Below are positions 28,641-38,139 of a stretch of 62,034 nt of DNA, piece after piece. The DNA lies in contig JADFPE010000003.1 of the NCBI GenBank assembly GCA_022562495.1, forward strand, positions 1 to 62,034, written 5' to 3'. This DNA comes from Acidobacteriota bacterium. GTDB taxonomy: Bacteria > Acidobacteriota > Vicinamibacteria > Vicinamibacterales > UBA8438. Position 1 is the first letter of the stretch; each line of letters opens with the position of its first letter. The notes beneath the pieces were generated by a model, which did not search any database, had not been told where the DNA came from, and worked only from the letters and a program-made list of their open reading frames with translations. Position numbers and translations under genes: made by a program.

Positions 28641-28813
28641 CAGCGGTCCGTGGTGACCATCCAGTCGCATTCGACCGGCGCTGCATCTCGCCGGCCTAGG
28701 TTGCTCCTCGGTCACATAGTGCCGGTCTGTGTCCTCGTCGCGCCCTGCCGGTCGAGCGCGGCATCGATCACGACGAGTCTCGGTGGGACACAGGACGTTC
28801 ACCACCGGCTGCC
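28641..28813 (+). repeat. family-A palindromic repeat (copy K)
   Basis: CAGCGGTCCGTGGTGACCATCCAGTCGCATTCGACCGGCGCTGCATCTCGCC...GGTTGCTCCTCGGTCACATAGTGCCGGTCTGTGTCCTCGTCGCGCCCTGCC...GTTCACCACCGGCTG. Located in a convergent spacer. Confidence 0.8.
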
Positions 28814-28820
28814 AGGCGGC

Positions 28821-29561
28821 TCAGAGAAGCGGTACCCCTTCAAGCCCCAGCAGGGTCCGTTTGGTCCCCAACCCACCAGTAAACCCCCCGAGGCGTCCGC
28901 TCTGCGCGATGACGCGATGACAGGGGATGATGATCGGGACCGGGTTGCGTCCGAGCGCCCCACCGACAGCGCGGCTTGCGCCGGGTGACCCGATCCGTGC
29001 GGCAAGCGCCCCATAGCTCGTCACCTGGCCGAACCGGATGTTCCGTGTCTCCCGCAACACCCGTGCCGTGAACGGGGTCACCCGGCGGAGGTCCACCGGC
29101 AGCGAAAACCGGGTCAGCTCCCTGGCAAAATACGCCCTCAATTCCTCTGTCACCTCGGCCAGTCCAGTGTCATCCCGCCAGACCTCCGGCGACCGCCGCA
29201 GCAGACGCTCACGATAGCGCCGCTCCGAGGACTGACCGAACGTCACGTCGCAGACGCCCTGGTCGGTCGCGCCCACGAAGAGGATCCCGACCGGTGTCTG
29301 GAGCCGCACGAACCGGATCACCGGATGACCGGCCCGGTCGAACGCCGACCGCAGCAGGGCGCGCGCCCGCCGGACGGCCCTGGCATCAGGCTCGTCGTCG
29401 GCCACGGTCACCAGCACGTCTCGGAGCCCGTGCATGCGGCCCCATTCCAGACCGCAGGGGCCGCAGCCGGCGGCGTGCCGTCGCATCACCGCCACGGTCG
29501 TCACACGCAGGTCTCCGGTCAGCAGCCGATCGAGCTGCCGCACGAACAGGTCGCAGATCAT
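28821..29561 (-). CDS. fusion protein: ZAS-type (zf-HC2) anti-sigma domain + methylated-DNA--protein-cysteine methyltransferase (Ogt/MGMT)
   Basis: Starts MICDLF (codon 63 of ORF 28821..29747) after AGAGGGGGA. Zinc ligands C3-x25-H29-x3-C33-x2-C36 (RRHAAGCGPC). MGMT N-domain plus C-domain with active-site IPCHRV. No TM segment. Confidence 0.85.
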   Translation of the reverse strand: MICDLFVRQLDRLLTGDLRVTTVAVMRRHAAGCGPCGLEWGRMHGLRDVLVTVADDEPDARAVRRARALLRSAFDRAGHPVIRFVRLQTPVGILFVGATDQGVCDVTFGQSSERRYRERLLRRSPEVWRDDTGLAEVTEELRAYFARELTRFSLPVDLRRVTPFTARVLRETRNIRFGQVTSYGALAARIGSPGASRAVGGALGRNPVPIIIPCHRVIAQSGRLGGFTGGLGTKRTLLGLEGVPLL

Positions 29562-29582
29562 CGTGTCCCCCTCTGGAGATGT

Positions 29583-29761
29583 GTAGCAGTCCGTGGTGAC
29601 AGTCGCGCGTCGCACCGAGGGTCGTCGCGATCGACGCCGCGCCGGGCCCCTGCAAGACGTGACGAGGGAGCATATCGGCAATATTCGACCGCGGAACAAC
29701 GCAGGCGGGGCGGATGCAGCGCCAGCCGGTTGCAGCAGGACATTCACCCCGGGCTGCTCAG
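29583..29761 (-). repeat. family-A palindromic repeat (copy L)
   Basis: The reverse complement carries ...GCTGCATCCGCCCCGCCTGCGTTGTTCCGCGGTCGAATATTGCCGATATGCTCCCTCGTCACG... Ends are GTAGCAGTCCGTGGTGAC / TTCACCCCGGGCTGCTCAG. Sits between the sigma and anti-sigma genes and supplies the sigma gene's last codons and stop. Confidence 0.8.
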
Positions 29762-30259
29762 CTCCCGACGCAGACGACGGACCGCCTGGTAGACGTTGGC
29801 CCGCGCCGCCGCTTCGCTACACCCGATCGCGGCGCCGACCTCACGGTAGCTGAGACCGTGCAGCTGCCGCTGCATGAACGCCGCCCGCTGTCGCCGGGGC
29901 AACCTGCCGATAGCCAGGCGCAGGGCGGCGAGCGCTACCGCGCCATCGTGCGCCGTCGAGGGCGATGCCCCGTTGCTGGGCAGCTCGGGTGTGAGGGCGA
30001 CCTCGACGCGACGACCATCAGAGCGGCGATGGTTGAGAAACAGGTTGGTCGCGATGCGATAGAGCCAGGGGCGATGGTTCGAGCCGGGTCGCAGCCGGGT
30101 GAACCCACCGAACGCCCGCAGAAAGGTGTCCTGGAACAGGTCCTCCGCCGTCGTGGGGTTGCCTGTGAGCCGGCGCAGGTAGCGCAGGATTTCGGTCTGG
30201 TGGATATCCACCAGCTCGCCAAAGTCGCGGGGAGGATGCCTGACCCGTGTCGTCGCCAT
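29744..30259 (-). CDS. ECF-family RNA polymerase sigma factor
   Basis: Starts MATTRVRH (codon 32 of the ORF). Region 2 (AEDLFQDTFLRAF...RPWLYRIATNLFLNHRR) and region 4 (LPRRQRAAFMQRQLHGLSYREVGAAIGCSEAAARANVYQAVRRLR). Confidence 0.88.
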   Translation of the reverse strand: MATTRVRHPPRDFGELVDIHQTEILRYLRRLTGNPTTAEDLFQDTFLRAFGGFTRLRPGSNHRPWLYRIATNLFLNHRRSDGRRVEVALTPELPSNGASPSTAHDGAVALAALRLAIGRLPRRQRAAFMQRQLHGLSYREVGAAIGCSEAAARANVYQAVRRLRRELSSPG

Positions 30260-30558
30260 TGCGCTAGGCCGTGTGGGGTGCAGCTTCGCTAGCCGGCCGT
30301 GGTGGGCCGACGATGTGACGATTCGCACACGTTCTGACGGGTCGTCCAGCACGGCTCGTGTCTATCACCCCTGAGTCACGCGGATGTGAAACCGGCGTCA
30401 CGGGGTCGCGCCGCCCACGTATGGTACGCTGATTCGAGTGGTCTGTTGTGGGTGAATCAGGGGCGGTCGTTGGGGGACGGCGCCCAACTGGCCAGGCGCG
30501 GCACGAGTACGACGCGGGGACTTGTGCACCAAACCTCTGAGACAGGACGCTCGCGACG

Positions 30559-32211
30559 ATGAAGCCCTCCGAGCCGGCCGCGCCCGCGGCGGCGTCCACC
30601 GCACCCGCGACCGGCCTTCACCCATCCGGCACCGCTGTGGCAGGCTCGGCCGCCGTGATCGGCGTGGCGACCATGACCAGCCGCGTCCTCGGGTTAGGGC
30701 GGAATCTCGTGTTCGCGTCCCTCTTCGGCGCGAGCAGCGCGATGGACGCCTTCTTCGTCGCTTTTCGCATCCCAAACTTGATGCGCGACCTCTTCGCCGA
30801 AGGGGCTATGAGCGCGGCGTTCGTCCCGACCTTCACGCGGCGATTGACCACCGAAGGCCGCGCCGCCGCCTGGCGGCTGGGTACTCAGCTGATCAACGCA
30901 CTGATCGTCATCACCGGAGTCCTGGTGCTTGCCGCGATCATTTTTGCCGAGCCGCTGACCCGGCTGTTCGCACGGGACTTCGCCGAGGTGCCAGGGAAGC
31001 TCGAACTGACGGTCCGCTTGACCCGCGTGATGCTCCCCTTTCTGACCCTGGTCGCGGTCGCCGCCGCCTGCATGGGGATGCTCAACTCGTTGCGACGGTT
31101 CTTCATACCGGCGCTGTCCCCGGCGATGTTCAACGTCAGTGTCATCCTGAGCGGCCTGCTTCTGGTGCCGCTGATGCCGCAAGCAGGGTTCGAGCGGATC
31201 ATGGCGATCGCGTGCGGCGTCGTGCTGGGCGGCATCGGCCAGATAGCCATCCAGTACTGGATGCTGCACCGGGAGGGGTTTCGGTATCGGTTCACGCTGG
31301 ACCCGACGGATCGCGGCCTCCGCGAGGTGTTGAGGCTGATGGGCCCAGCCACGATCGCCGGCGCGGCGTTGCAGGTCAACCTGGTGGTCACCACGATCCT
31401 CGCTACCAGCCAGGGCACTGGGGCGGTCTCGTGGCTCACCTATGCGTTCCAGGTGATGTATCTCCCGATCGGGGTGCTCGGTGTCTCGATCGCGACCGCC
31501 GCAATACCGGTGCTGTCCAGACATGCCGCACTCGGCGAGCTCCACCAGATGCGGCGGACCATCTCGCACAGCCTCCGGCTCATGCTGATGCTGATGGTGC
31601 CAGCGACGGTCGGGCTGGTCGTCCTGGCCGTACCGATCGTCCGTCTGCTCTTCGAGCGACGGGCCTTCACCCCGGCAGACACCCAAGCGACGGCGCTGGC
31701 CCTGGCCTGCTACGCGCCAGGCATGGTCGGGTACTCTGTGGTGCGTCTCGCGGTTCCCAGCTTCTACGCACTCGGGACCAGCCTGACCCCTGCCCTCGTC
31801 AGTGCCGGGACTGTCGGTCTCAACATCGTGCTGAACCTGGTGCTGGTCCGGGTGATGGGCTACCAGGGGCTCGCGCTCGGCAACGCCATCGCGGCACTGA
31901 GCAACGCCGCGCTGCTGCTGGCGCTCCTTCGGCGGCGGCTCGACGGTTTGGAAGGTGCCAGCATCGCCGACAGCTTCGCCCGGATCACCGTCGCCGCGGC
32001 GGTGATGGGCGTTGCCGTTTGGCAGGCCAACCTCTGGATGACGGCGCTCTGGCCAGGGACCGGGGTGTGGACACAGCTGCTGATCGTCGCGAGCGATATC
32101 GGTGTGGGTCTGGCGGTCCTTGGCGCCGCAGCGCGGGTACTCGGTCTCGCCGAATACAACCAGGCAAAGGATCAGATCCTGGCCCGGTTGACCCGCACCC
32201 GCTCACGCTGA
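30559..32211 (+). CDS. murJ: lipid II flippase MurJ (MviN)
   Basis: MTSRVLGLGRNLVFASLFGASSAMDAFFVAFRIPNLMRDLFAEGAMSAAFVPTF. 550 aa, polytopic. Confidence 0.93.
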   Translation: MKPSEPAAPAAASTAPATGLHPSGTAVAGSAAVIGVATMTSRVLGLGRNLVFASLFGASSAMDAFFVAFRIPNLMRDLFAEGAMSAAFVPTFTRRLTTEGRAAAWRLGTQLINALIVITGVLVLAAIIFAEPLTRLFARDFAEVPGKLELTVRLTRVMLPFLTLVAVAAACMGMLNSLRRFFIPALSPAMFNVSVILSGLLLVPLMPQAGFERIMAIACGVVLGGIGQIAIQYWMLHREGFRYRFTLDPTDRGLREVLRLMGPATIAGAALQVNLVVTTILATSQGTGAVSWLTYAFQVMYLPIGVLGVSIATAAIPVLSRHAALGELHQMRRTISHSLRLMLMLMVPATVGLVVLAVPIVRLLFERRAFTPADTQATALALACYAPGMVGYSVVRLAVPSFYALGTSLTPALVSAGTVGLNIVLNLVLVRVMGYQGLALGNAIAALSNAALLLALLRRRLDGLEGASIADSFARITVAAAVMGVAVWQANLWMTALWPGTGVWTQLLIVASDIGVGLAVLGAAARVLGLAEYNQAKDQILARLTRTRSR

Positions 32212-32251
32212 CCCGTCTCGTCCAGGCGGTCCTGGGACCGTGGTACGATAA

Positions 32252-32409
32252 GGGTCCGGTCAAGAATACGTTCGCAATCTTGTGGGCGTCGAGGCGCCCG
32301 GCTGGTAAGACGCGAGGAGGGAGCATACCGGCAGTATTCGACCGACGAGTAACGCCACCAGATGGGATGGATCGGCGGCCGGAAATGTGAAGTTGTTCTT
32401 GACCGGGCC
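32252..32409 (-). repeat. family-A palindromic repeat (copy M)
   Basis: The plus strand carries GCGCCCGGCTGGTAAGACGCGAGGAGGGAGCATACCGGCAGTATTCGACCGACGAGTAACGCC. Copy-specific arms GGTCCGGTCAAGAATACGTTCGCA / TGTGAAGTTGTTCTTGACCGGGCC. Confidence 0.8.
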
Positions 32410-32420
32410 CCAACGTTCAG

Positions 32421-33200
32421 ATGCGTCGCGCCTACCCCCACGGCCCCGCCCAGTTCTCGTTCGGCCCGGGCATGATGACCCCAGCCGTGAAGTTGCTGAT
32501 CTGGGCCAACATCGGCGTCTTCGTGGCGGGCACCCTGATCCCGCCGCTGGGCCGTCTGCTCATCGACCTGTTCGGGCTCCGTCCGCAGGCGGTAGTCTCG
32601 GGGCTGCGGATCTGGCAGCCAGTCACCTATCTCTTCCTCCACGGCGGCTTCAGTCACATCTTGCTCAACATGCTCGTCCTGTGGATGTTCGGGGTGCAGC
32701 TCGAGCGTCTATGGGGGTTGCCCTACTTTCTGCGCTACTACTTCATCACGGGGATCGGCGCCGGGGTGGCGACGATCGGCGCGGGGCTGCTGCCGTTCGC
32801 CTTCAGCGAACCGACATACTTCGCGGTGACCATCGGGGCGTCAGGCGCCATTTACGGTCTGCTCATGGCGTTCGCGATCTACTACCCGAACACACCGATT
32901 CTGATGTTTTTCCTCTTCCCGGTACCGGCGAAGTACTTCGTGATGATCATCGGCGCCATCACGTTCCTGTCGGTGCCGCGCAGCGGCGGCGTTGCGCACG
33001 TTGCCCACCTCGGTGGGCTCGTCGTCGGCTATGTCTATCTGAAACGCAGCAGCGGCGGGGCCGGTCTGGGTCGCTTCGGCCGGTTCGGCGTGATGGCCGA
33101 GATCAAATACCGGTATTTACGCTGGAAGATGGGCCGGCTGCGCCGGAAGTTCAAGGTCTACCCCGGTGGCGGCGACGACTGGAACGGGCGAGTGCATTAG
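32421..33200 (+). CDS. rhomboid family intramembrane serine protease
   Basis: HGGFSHILLNM, GASGAIYG (catalytic Ser) and HLGG (catalytic His) motifs. Confidence 0.9.
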   Translation: MRRAYPHGPAQFSFGPGMMTPAVKLLIWANIGVFVAGTLIPPLGRLLIDLFGLRPQAVVSGLRIWQPVTYLFLHGGFSHILLNMLVLWMFGVQLERLWGLPYFLRYYFITGIGAGVATIGAGLLPFAFSEPTYFAVTIGASGAIYGLLMAFAIYYPNTPILMFFLFPVPAKYFVMIIGAITFLSVPRSGGVAHVAHLGGLVVGYVYLKRSSGGAGLGRFGRFGVMAEIKYRYLRWKMGRLRRKFKVYPGGGDDWNGRVH

Positions 33201-33207
33201 CGAGTGC

Positions 33208-33376
33208 TCTCAGAAGTCAGGAGGCAGAAGACAACTCGAGGCCGCCGCGGGTGTCACAGGCGGCAACGCCCAGAACCGCTCCGGGCTGCGGCCTACGTGA
33301 GCAGCAGGGCGGTGATAGAAGCTGGTGAAGCCTTCATTGTTCTTCTGACTTCTGACGTCCGACTTCTGACGTCTCA
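33208..33376. repeat. family-B heptad arrays in inverted orientation (convergent gene ends)
   Basis: CTCAGAAGTCAGGAGGCAGAAGACAAC (33208-33235) and GTTCTTCTGACTTCTGACGTCCGACTTCTGACGTCTCAG (33339-33376), flanking ~100 bp. Confidence 0.7.
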
Positions 33377-33744
33377 GCGGCTGCTCCGAGCCATTCCGAA
33401 CGAACCGGGCTAAACAGGTCGAGCTCGAACGTATCCGCGAGTGCCTCGGTCTGGTGCGGCACGCCGGAAGGAATCCGCACGACCTCGCCATCGCGCACAA
33501 GAACCTCCTCTCCATCGATCCGAACCTTCAGCATGCCGTCGAGCACGTAGGTCAGCTGCTCGCTCTCGTGGCTGTGCAGCGGCACGAGGGCGCCGCGCTT
33601 CAAATAGACCTGGACGAGCATCTGCCGGTCGCCGGCGACCACCTTGCGCGAGATCAACTCGGTGACCTTTTCCAGGTCGAGCTCGTCCCATCCGATTACC
33701 GAACCACCCGGCGCCGACGACATGCTCATGATTCCAGTTCTCAT
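33334..33744 (-). CDS. cupin domain protein
   Basis: GALVPLHSHESEQLTYVLDG...VVRIPSGVPHQTEA two-motif cupin signature. The C-terminal ETSEVGRQKSEEQ is encoded by the heptad array. The start is uncertain (M1/M6/M8). Confidence 0.75.
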   Translation of the reverse strand: MRTGIMSMSSAPGGSVIGWDELDLEKVTELISRKVVAGDRQMLVQVYLKRGALVPLHSHESEQLTYVLDGMLKVRIDGEEVLVRDGEVVRIPSGVPHQTEALADTFELDLFSPVRSEWLGAAAETSEVGRQKSEEQ

Positions 33745-33875
33745 GTAGATACAACGAGTTACATGGTGTTGCGTCGGCGGTCGTGGCAGACAACAGCCGT
33801 GCTATATAATTTACGCGCAATGCGGGCCACACGCCAACCGCCCGGAGCACTGCCGGCGCGCAGGACTCCATCATC

Positions 33876-36014
33876 ATGAAAGGTCCGACGGTCTCAGACG
33901 GTGCGAACACCGCGCCGCAAACGCAGCCCTATGAGGGGCTGTCGCGCGACGAGCTCCTCCGGCTGTATCGCACGATGTTACTGTCGCGGCGTCTGGACGA
34001 CAAGGAGCTCCAGCTCAAGAACCAGAGCAAGAGCTTCTTCCAGATCAGCGGGGCAGGGCACGAGGCGATCCTCGTGGCAGCCGGGATGCAGCTCAGGCCG
34101 GGCCGCGACTGGTTCTTTCCCTACTACCGCGACCGCGCGTTGTGTCTCACCCTGGGGCTGACGCCATACGAGATGCTCCTCGCGGCGGTGGGCGCGAAGG
34201 CAGACCCGACCTCCGGCGGGCGACAGATGCCGGCGCACTGGAGCAAGCCGGACCTACATCTCGTCTCCGCGTCGAGCGCGTGCGCCACCCAGTGTCTCCA
34301 CGCGGTCGGGTGCGCTGAGGCGAGCCAGTTCTACCTGCGGTTCCCGGACGTCGCCGCCGAGGCGGCCGCCTGCTCGGAGGGCGACGTCGTGTATGTATCC
34401 CTCGGCGACGGATCGACCAGCGAGGGCGAGTTCTGGGAGTCGCTCAACACCGCCTGCACGAGACGACTGCCGGTCGTGTTCCTCGTCGAAGACAACGGTT
34501 ACGCCATCTCCGTCCCGGTGGAGATCCAGACCCCGGGTGGCGACATTGCACGGCTGGTGTCGGCGTTCCCCGGGCTCGAGGTGATCCGCGTGGACGGGAC
34601 CGATGCGCTGGCCAGCTATGCTGCGATGCGTCGCGGCCTCGCGTATGCCCGCGGTGGACATGGTCCGGTGCTGGTGAAGGCCAGCGTCGTACGGCTGTAC
34701 TCGCACTCGATGTCAGATGACGAGCGCCAATACAAGAGCGAGGCGGAGCGCGACGAGGAACGCACGCGTGACCCGCTCGGCCGCTTTTCGGCGTTCCTGA
34801 CCCGCGAACAGCTGGGCAACGACAGCACCTTGGCGCAGATCGCGAGCGAGGTGGATGACGAGATCCAGGACGCGGCCGACCGGGCGGTGGCGGCGGCAGC
34901 CCCGGATCGATCCACCGTGCTCGACTACGTGTATTCGCCCGATGTGGACCCGGCCTCGGACGCGTTCGACGTCTCCGGTACGCCGGAGGGCGACCCGATC
35001 ACGATGGTCGCCGCCATCAACCGCACGCTCAAGGACGAGATGGCGCGGAACCCGCGGATCGTGGTGTTTGGCGAAGACGTCGCGGACTGCAGCCGGGCCG
35101 AAGCCTTGTCGACAGTGCAAGGCAAGGGCGGCGTCTTCAAGGCCACGCTGGGCCTGCAACGCGCCTACGGACGCGAACGGGTGTTCAACTCACCGCTCGC
35201 CGAGGCGAACATCGTCGGTCGCGCCATCGGGATGGCCCTGCGCGGGCTCAAGCCGGTCGTCGAGATCCAGTTCTTCGACTACATCTGGCCCGCCATGATG
35301 CAGATCCGCGACGAGTTGACAATGCTGCGGTATCGGTCGAACAACGCCTATTCCTGCCCGCTCGTGATCCGGGCGCCGATCGGCGGGTATCTGCGTGGCG
35401 GCTCGCTGTACCACAGCCAGTCGGGTGAGAGCATCTTCGCGCACTGCCCGGGGTTGCGGATCGCCTATCCGAGCGACGCCGCCGACGCCGCCGGTCTGCT
35501 CCGAACGGCGATCCGGTGCGACGACCCGGTCCTGTTTCTCGAGCACAAGCATCTGTATCGTCAGACCTACAACAAATCGATCTACCCAGGACCGGACCAC
35601 CAGATCCCATTCGGACGCGCGTGTGTTCAGCGGGACGGCACCGATGTTGTGGTGATCACCTGGGGTGCCCTCGTGCAACGGACGCTCATCGCGGCCGAGC
35701 GCGCCGCCCAGCGGGACATCAGCGTGATGGTGATCGACCTCCGCACTCTGGCACCCTACGACTGGTCTGCCATCGCCGAGGCGGTCTGCCGAACCAGCCG
35801 CGTCGTGGTGGCGCACGAGGACCACTTGACGTGCGGGTTCGGCGCCGAGTTGGCCGCGCGCATCGCCGATGAGCTCTTCGAGTATCTGGACGCGCCCATC
35901 AAGCGGGTGGGCGCGCTCGATTGCCCCGTGGCGTATCACCCGATTCTCGAAGAGGCGATCCTGCCGCAGACGGAGGACATCCTGCAGGTCATCACCACCA
36001 TCAGTGAATACTAG
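33876..36014 (+). CDS. 2-oxoacid (branched-chain/pyruvate-type) dehydrogenase E1 component, fused alpha+beta subunits
   Basis: 712 aa. The N-terminal half has the TPP motif ([15 protein letters not shown]). The C-terminal half is E1-beta-like (VFGEDV...[12 protein letters not shown]...). Confidence 0.9.
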   Translation: MKGPTVSDGANTAPQTQPYEGLSRDELLRLYRTMLLSRRLDDKELQLKNQSKSFFQISGAGHEAILVAAGMQLRPGRDWFFPYYRDRALCLTLGLTPYEMLLAAVGAKADPTSGGRQMPAHWSKPDLHLVSASSACATQCLHAVGCAEASQFYLRFPDVAAEAAACSEGDVVYVSLGDGSTSEGEFWESLNTACTRRLPVVFLVEDNGYAISVPVEIQTPGGDIARLVSAFPGLEVIRVDGTDALASYAAMRRGLAYARGGHGPVLVKASVVRLYSHSMSDDERQYKSEAERDEERTRDPLGRFSAFLTREQLGNDSTLAQIASEVDDEIQDAADRAVAAAAPDRSTVLDYVYSPDVDPASDAFDVSGTPEGDPITMVAAINRTLKDEMARNPRIVVFGEDVADCSRAEALSTVQGKGGVFKATLGLQRAYGRERVFNSPLAEANIVGRAIGMALRGLKPVVEIQFFDYIWPAMMQIRDELTMLRYRSNNAYSCPLVIRAPIGGYLRGGSLYHSQSGESIFAHCPGLRIAYPSDAADAAGLLRTAIRCDDPVLFLEHKHLYRQTYNKSIYPGPDHQIPFGRACVQRDGTDVVVITWGALVQRTLIAAERAAQRDISVMVIDLRTLAPYDWSAIAEAVCRTSRVVVAHEDHLTCGFGAELAARIADELFEYLDAPIKRVGALDCPVAYHPILEEAILPQTEDILQVITTISEY

Positions 36015-36134
36015 CAGCCCCCCCCGTCACGTGGCTGTCAGAAAAACTTCTGCGAGCGAGGCTGCGCTCGTCGGTGTAAGGCGCCGTGTCGCCAGCAGCC
36101 CGTCGTCCGGACGTCCGGTTATGCTGGGGTCGAC

Positions 36135-37142
36135 ATGAGGCGGGCGTGCTCTGCGGTCGTGCTGGTGCTCGCGGTCGCCTCCGGGGAAGCCTCCGACGTT
36201 GAGATCCTCCGCTCGACCGGCGGTCTGGCCGCCGACGTGGTCGGGCTGCTCCGGGAACCGGCGGCATTCCAGCGGGCCCCGGACGGCAGCTACCTCGTGC
36301 TCGACCGCCGGGGCCATGTGGTCTACCGCGTGCGGTCGTCCGGAACCGACGCCATCAAGATCGTCCAGATCGGTCCTGAATCTGGCCGCATCATCGGACC
36401 CAGCGCCCTCGTTCTGGCGGGGAGTCGTTTCATCGTCGCCGATGGGCCCGGGCGGCGCGAGCGGGTGCAGCTGTTCGACCTCGACGGGACCCGGGTGTCC
36501 GGGTTCTGGCTCCCCGGTCGCGCCACGCCGCGGATTACCCTCGGTGCGCTCACGCTGAGCGGTGTCAGCTCGCTGCAGTGGACCGGCCGGTCGATCCTGA
36601 TGAACCAACCGGAGCTCGGCGGGCTGATGACCGAGTTCACCCTCGGGGGACAGCCGTATCACACGTTCGGCGCATTCCGGTCCACCGGGCATGAGGCCGA
36701 CCGCGACGTGCACCTCGCCCTGAACAGTGGACTGCCGCTGGTCGACCCCGCCGGCGGCTACTACTTCGTGTTCCAGGCGGGGCTCCCGATGTTCCGGAAA
36801 TACGACGCTGACGGCCGACTGCTCTTCGAGCGTCACATCGAGGGTCCCGAGCTCGACGCCATGATCCAGACCCTACCCACCATCTGGCCGCGACGCCAGG
36901 ACGAGACGGGACGCGAGCTGCCGCTGATCCTGCCGACAGTTCGTGCCGCCGCGGTCGCTCCGAATGGCGACCTCTGGGTATCGCTGAGCGTGCCCTACAC
37001 CTACGTGTATGACCGGCACGGTGAGAAGATCCGGACGATTCAGTTCCAGGCCGCCGGCACGGTATCACCCGACAGCTTGTTCTTCGACAGCCGCGACCGG
37101 CTGCTGGTCACGCCCGGGTGCTACATCTTCACGGTGTCGTGA
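36135..37142 (+). CDS. secreted beta-propeller-like protein (NHL-like repeats, tentative)
   Basis: Signal peptide MRRACSAVVLVLAVASGEA. Recurring ...G.L.V.D...RV..FD.DG... blades. Confidence 0.6.
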   Translation: MRRACSAVVLVLAVASGEASDVEILRSTGGLAADVVGLLREPAAFQRAPDGSYLVLDRRGHVVYRVRSSGTDAIKIVQIGPESGRIIGPSALVLAGSRFIVADGPGRRERVQLFDLDGTRVSGFWLPGRATPRITLGALTLSGVSSLQWTGRSILMNQPELGGLMTEFTLGGQPYHTFGAFRSTGHEADRDVHLALNSGLPLVDPAGGYYFVFQAGLPMFRKYDADGRLLFERHIEGPELDAMIQTLPTIWPRRQDETGRELPLILPTVRAAAVAPNGDLWVSLSVPYTYVYDRHGEKIRTIQFQAAGTVSPDSLFFDSRDRLLVTPGCYIFTVS

Positions 37143-37393
37143 CGACGCTCGTATCGGGCTCTCGCAGCCCGTGTCAAGCTCGGGGCGAAGACCCGGGAGA
37201 CGACGTCGAGCTCGGGCGCAGCCGATCGGCTCGTCACGATGACACCGCGGTTGGACAGGCGCCTGAGGGCGCCACCAACACACAGACCGCGGCGGGGTCG
37301 CCGCCGAACCGCCTGTCTATGAACGCGTCCACCTGTGTGATGACCTGTGACCCATGCAGCTCCTCTCGCGTAGGGATGAACGAGGTCGCTCGT

Positions 37394-37423
37394 TTGCCAT
37401 CCTCTGGCCCGGCCTGTTATGAT
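37394..37423 (+). promoter_or_regulatory. candidate sigma-70 promoter of the atp (F0) operon
   Basis: TTGCCA-18 nt-TATGAT, followed at 37429-37448 by a perfect hairpin GTTTCCCG-AGAG-CGGGAAAC just before atpZ. Confidence 0.5.
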
Positions 37424-37455
37424 GCGGTGTTTCCCGAGAGCGGGAAACGGCACTC

Positions 37456-37728
37456 GTGCGGGCGTCCCCGCTGCTGGCTCGTCGCATGCCCGACCCGAGC
37501 GACCATTTTTTCGCAAGATCGCTCCAGGCCTGGCAGGAAAATGTCCGCCGGGCAGGTCCGGCCGCCTCAGCTGGCTACACACTGATCGGCGCTATTCTCG
37601 GGCTAGGTGGGGTGGGTCATCTGGTCGACCGGTGGGCTACGACCTCGCCCTGGTTCCTGCTCACGGGTTTACTGGTGGGTCTCGTCATCGGCTTCTACGA
37701 GCTGGCGAAAACGGTCTGGAAGAGATGA
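37456..37728 (+). CDS. AtpZ/AtpI-family small membrane protein
   Basis: GYTLIGAILGLGGVGHLVDRWATTSPWFLLTGLLVGLVIGFYE matches the ATPase_gene1 pattern. An alternative ATG is at 37486. Confidence 0.7.
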   Translation: MRASPLLARRMPDPSDHFFARSLQAWQENVRRAGPAASAGYTLIGAILGLGGVGHLVDRWATTSPWFLLTGLLVGLVIGFYELAKTVWKR

Positions 37729-38102
37729 AGCTGTCAGGGATGCTGGTGGCGGTGTGTGTGATCTCGTGTGGTCTGTGCACCCTCGTCCTGGCACCGGACG
37801 TCGCCGGAGCCACGTTCCTCGGCATGACCGCTCCGCTCGTGGTCGGGCTGGCGACGATCCGGCTTGTCGAGCAGACCGTGCGCACCCATATCCAGACCCT
37901 GACCGCGCGCATGACGATGGCGTTCATCGTCAAGATGATGTTCTACCCGGTGTATGTCTCGATCGTGCTCGGGGTACTGGCCATCGACCCGGTCCCGTTC
38001 GCCGTCAGCTTCACCCTGTATTTCGTGGCGCTCCAGATCACCGTGGCGCTGTATTTCAAGACCCTGTTCGCGAGGACCGCCACGCTCGCTCCCATCAACT
38101 GA
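37725..38102 (+). CDS. atpI: ATP synthase protein I-like membrane protein
   Basis: ATGA overlap with the upstream stop. 125 aa with four hydrophobic helices, positioned directly before atpB. Confidence 0.6.
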   Translation: MKLSGMLVAVCVISCGLCTLVLAPDVAGATFLGMTAPLVVGLATIRLVEQTVRTHIQTLTARMTMAFIVKMMFYPVYVSIVLGVLAIDPVPFAVSFTLYFVALQITVALYFKTLFARTATLAPIN

Positions 38103-38139
38103 GCCGACCGACCCACACCGTCGTCGCTACCGTCATCTG

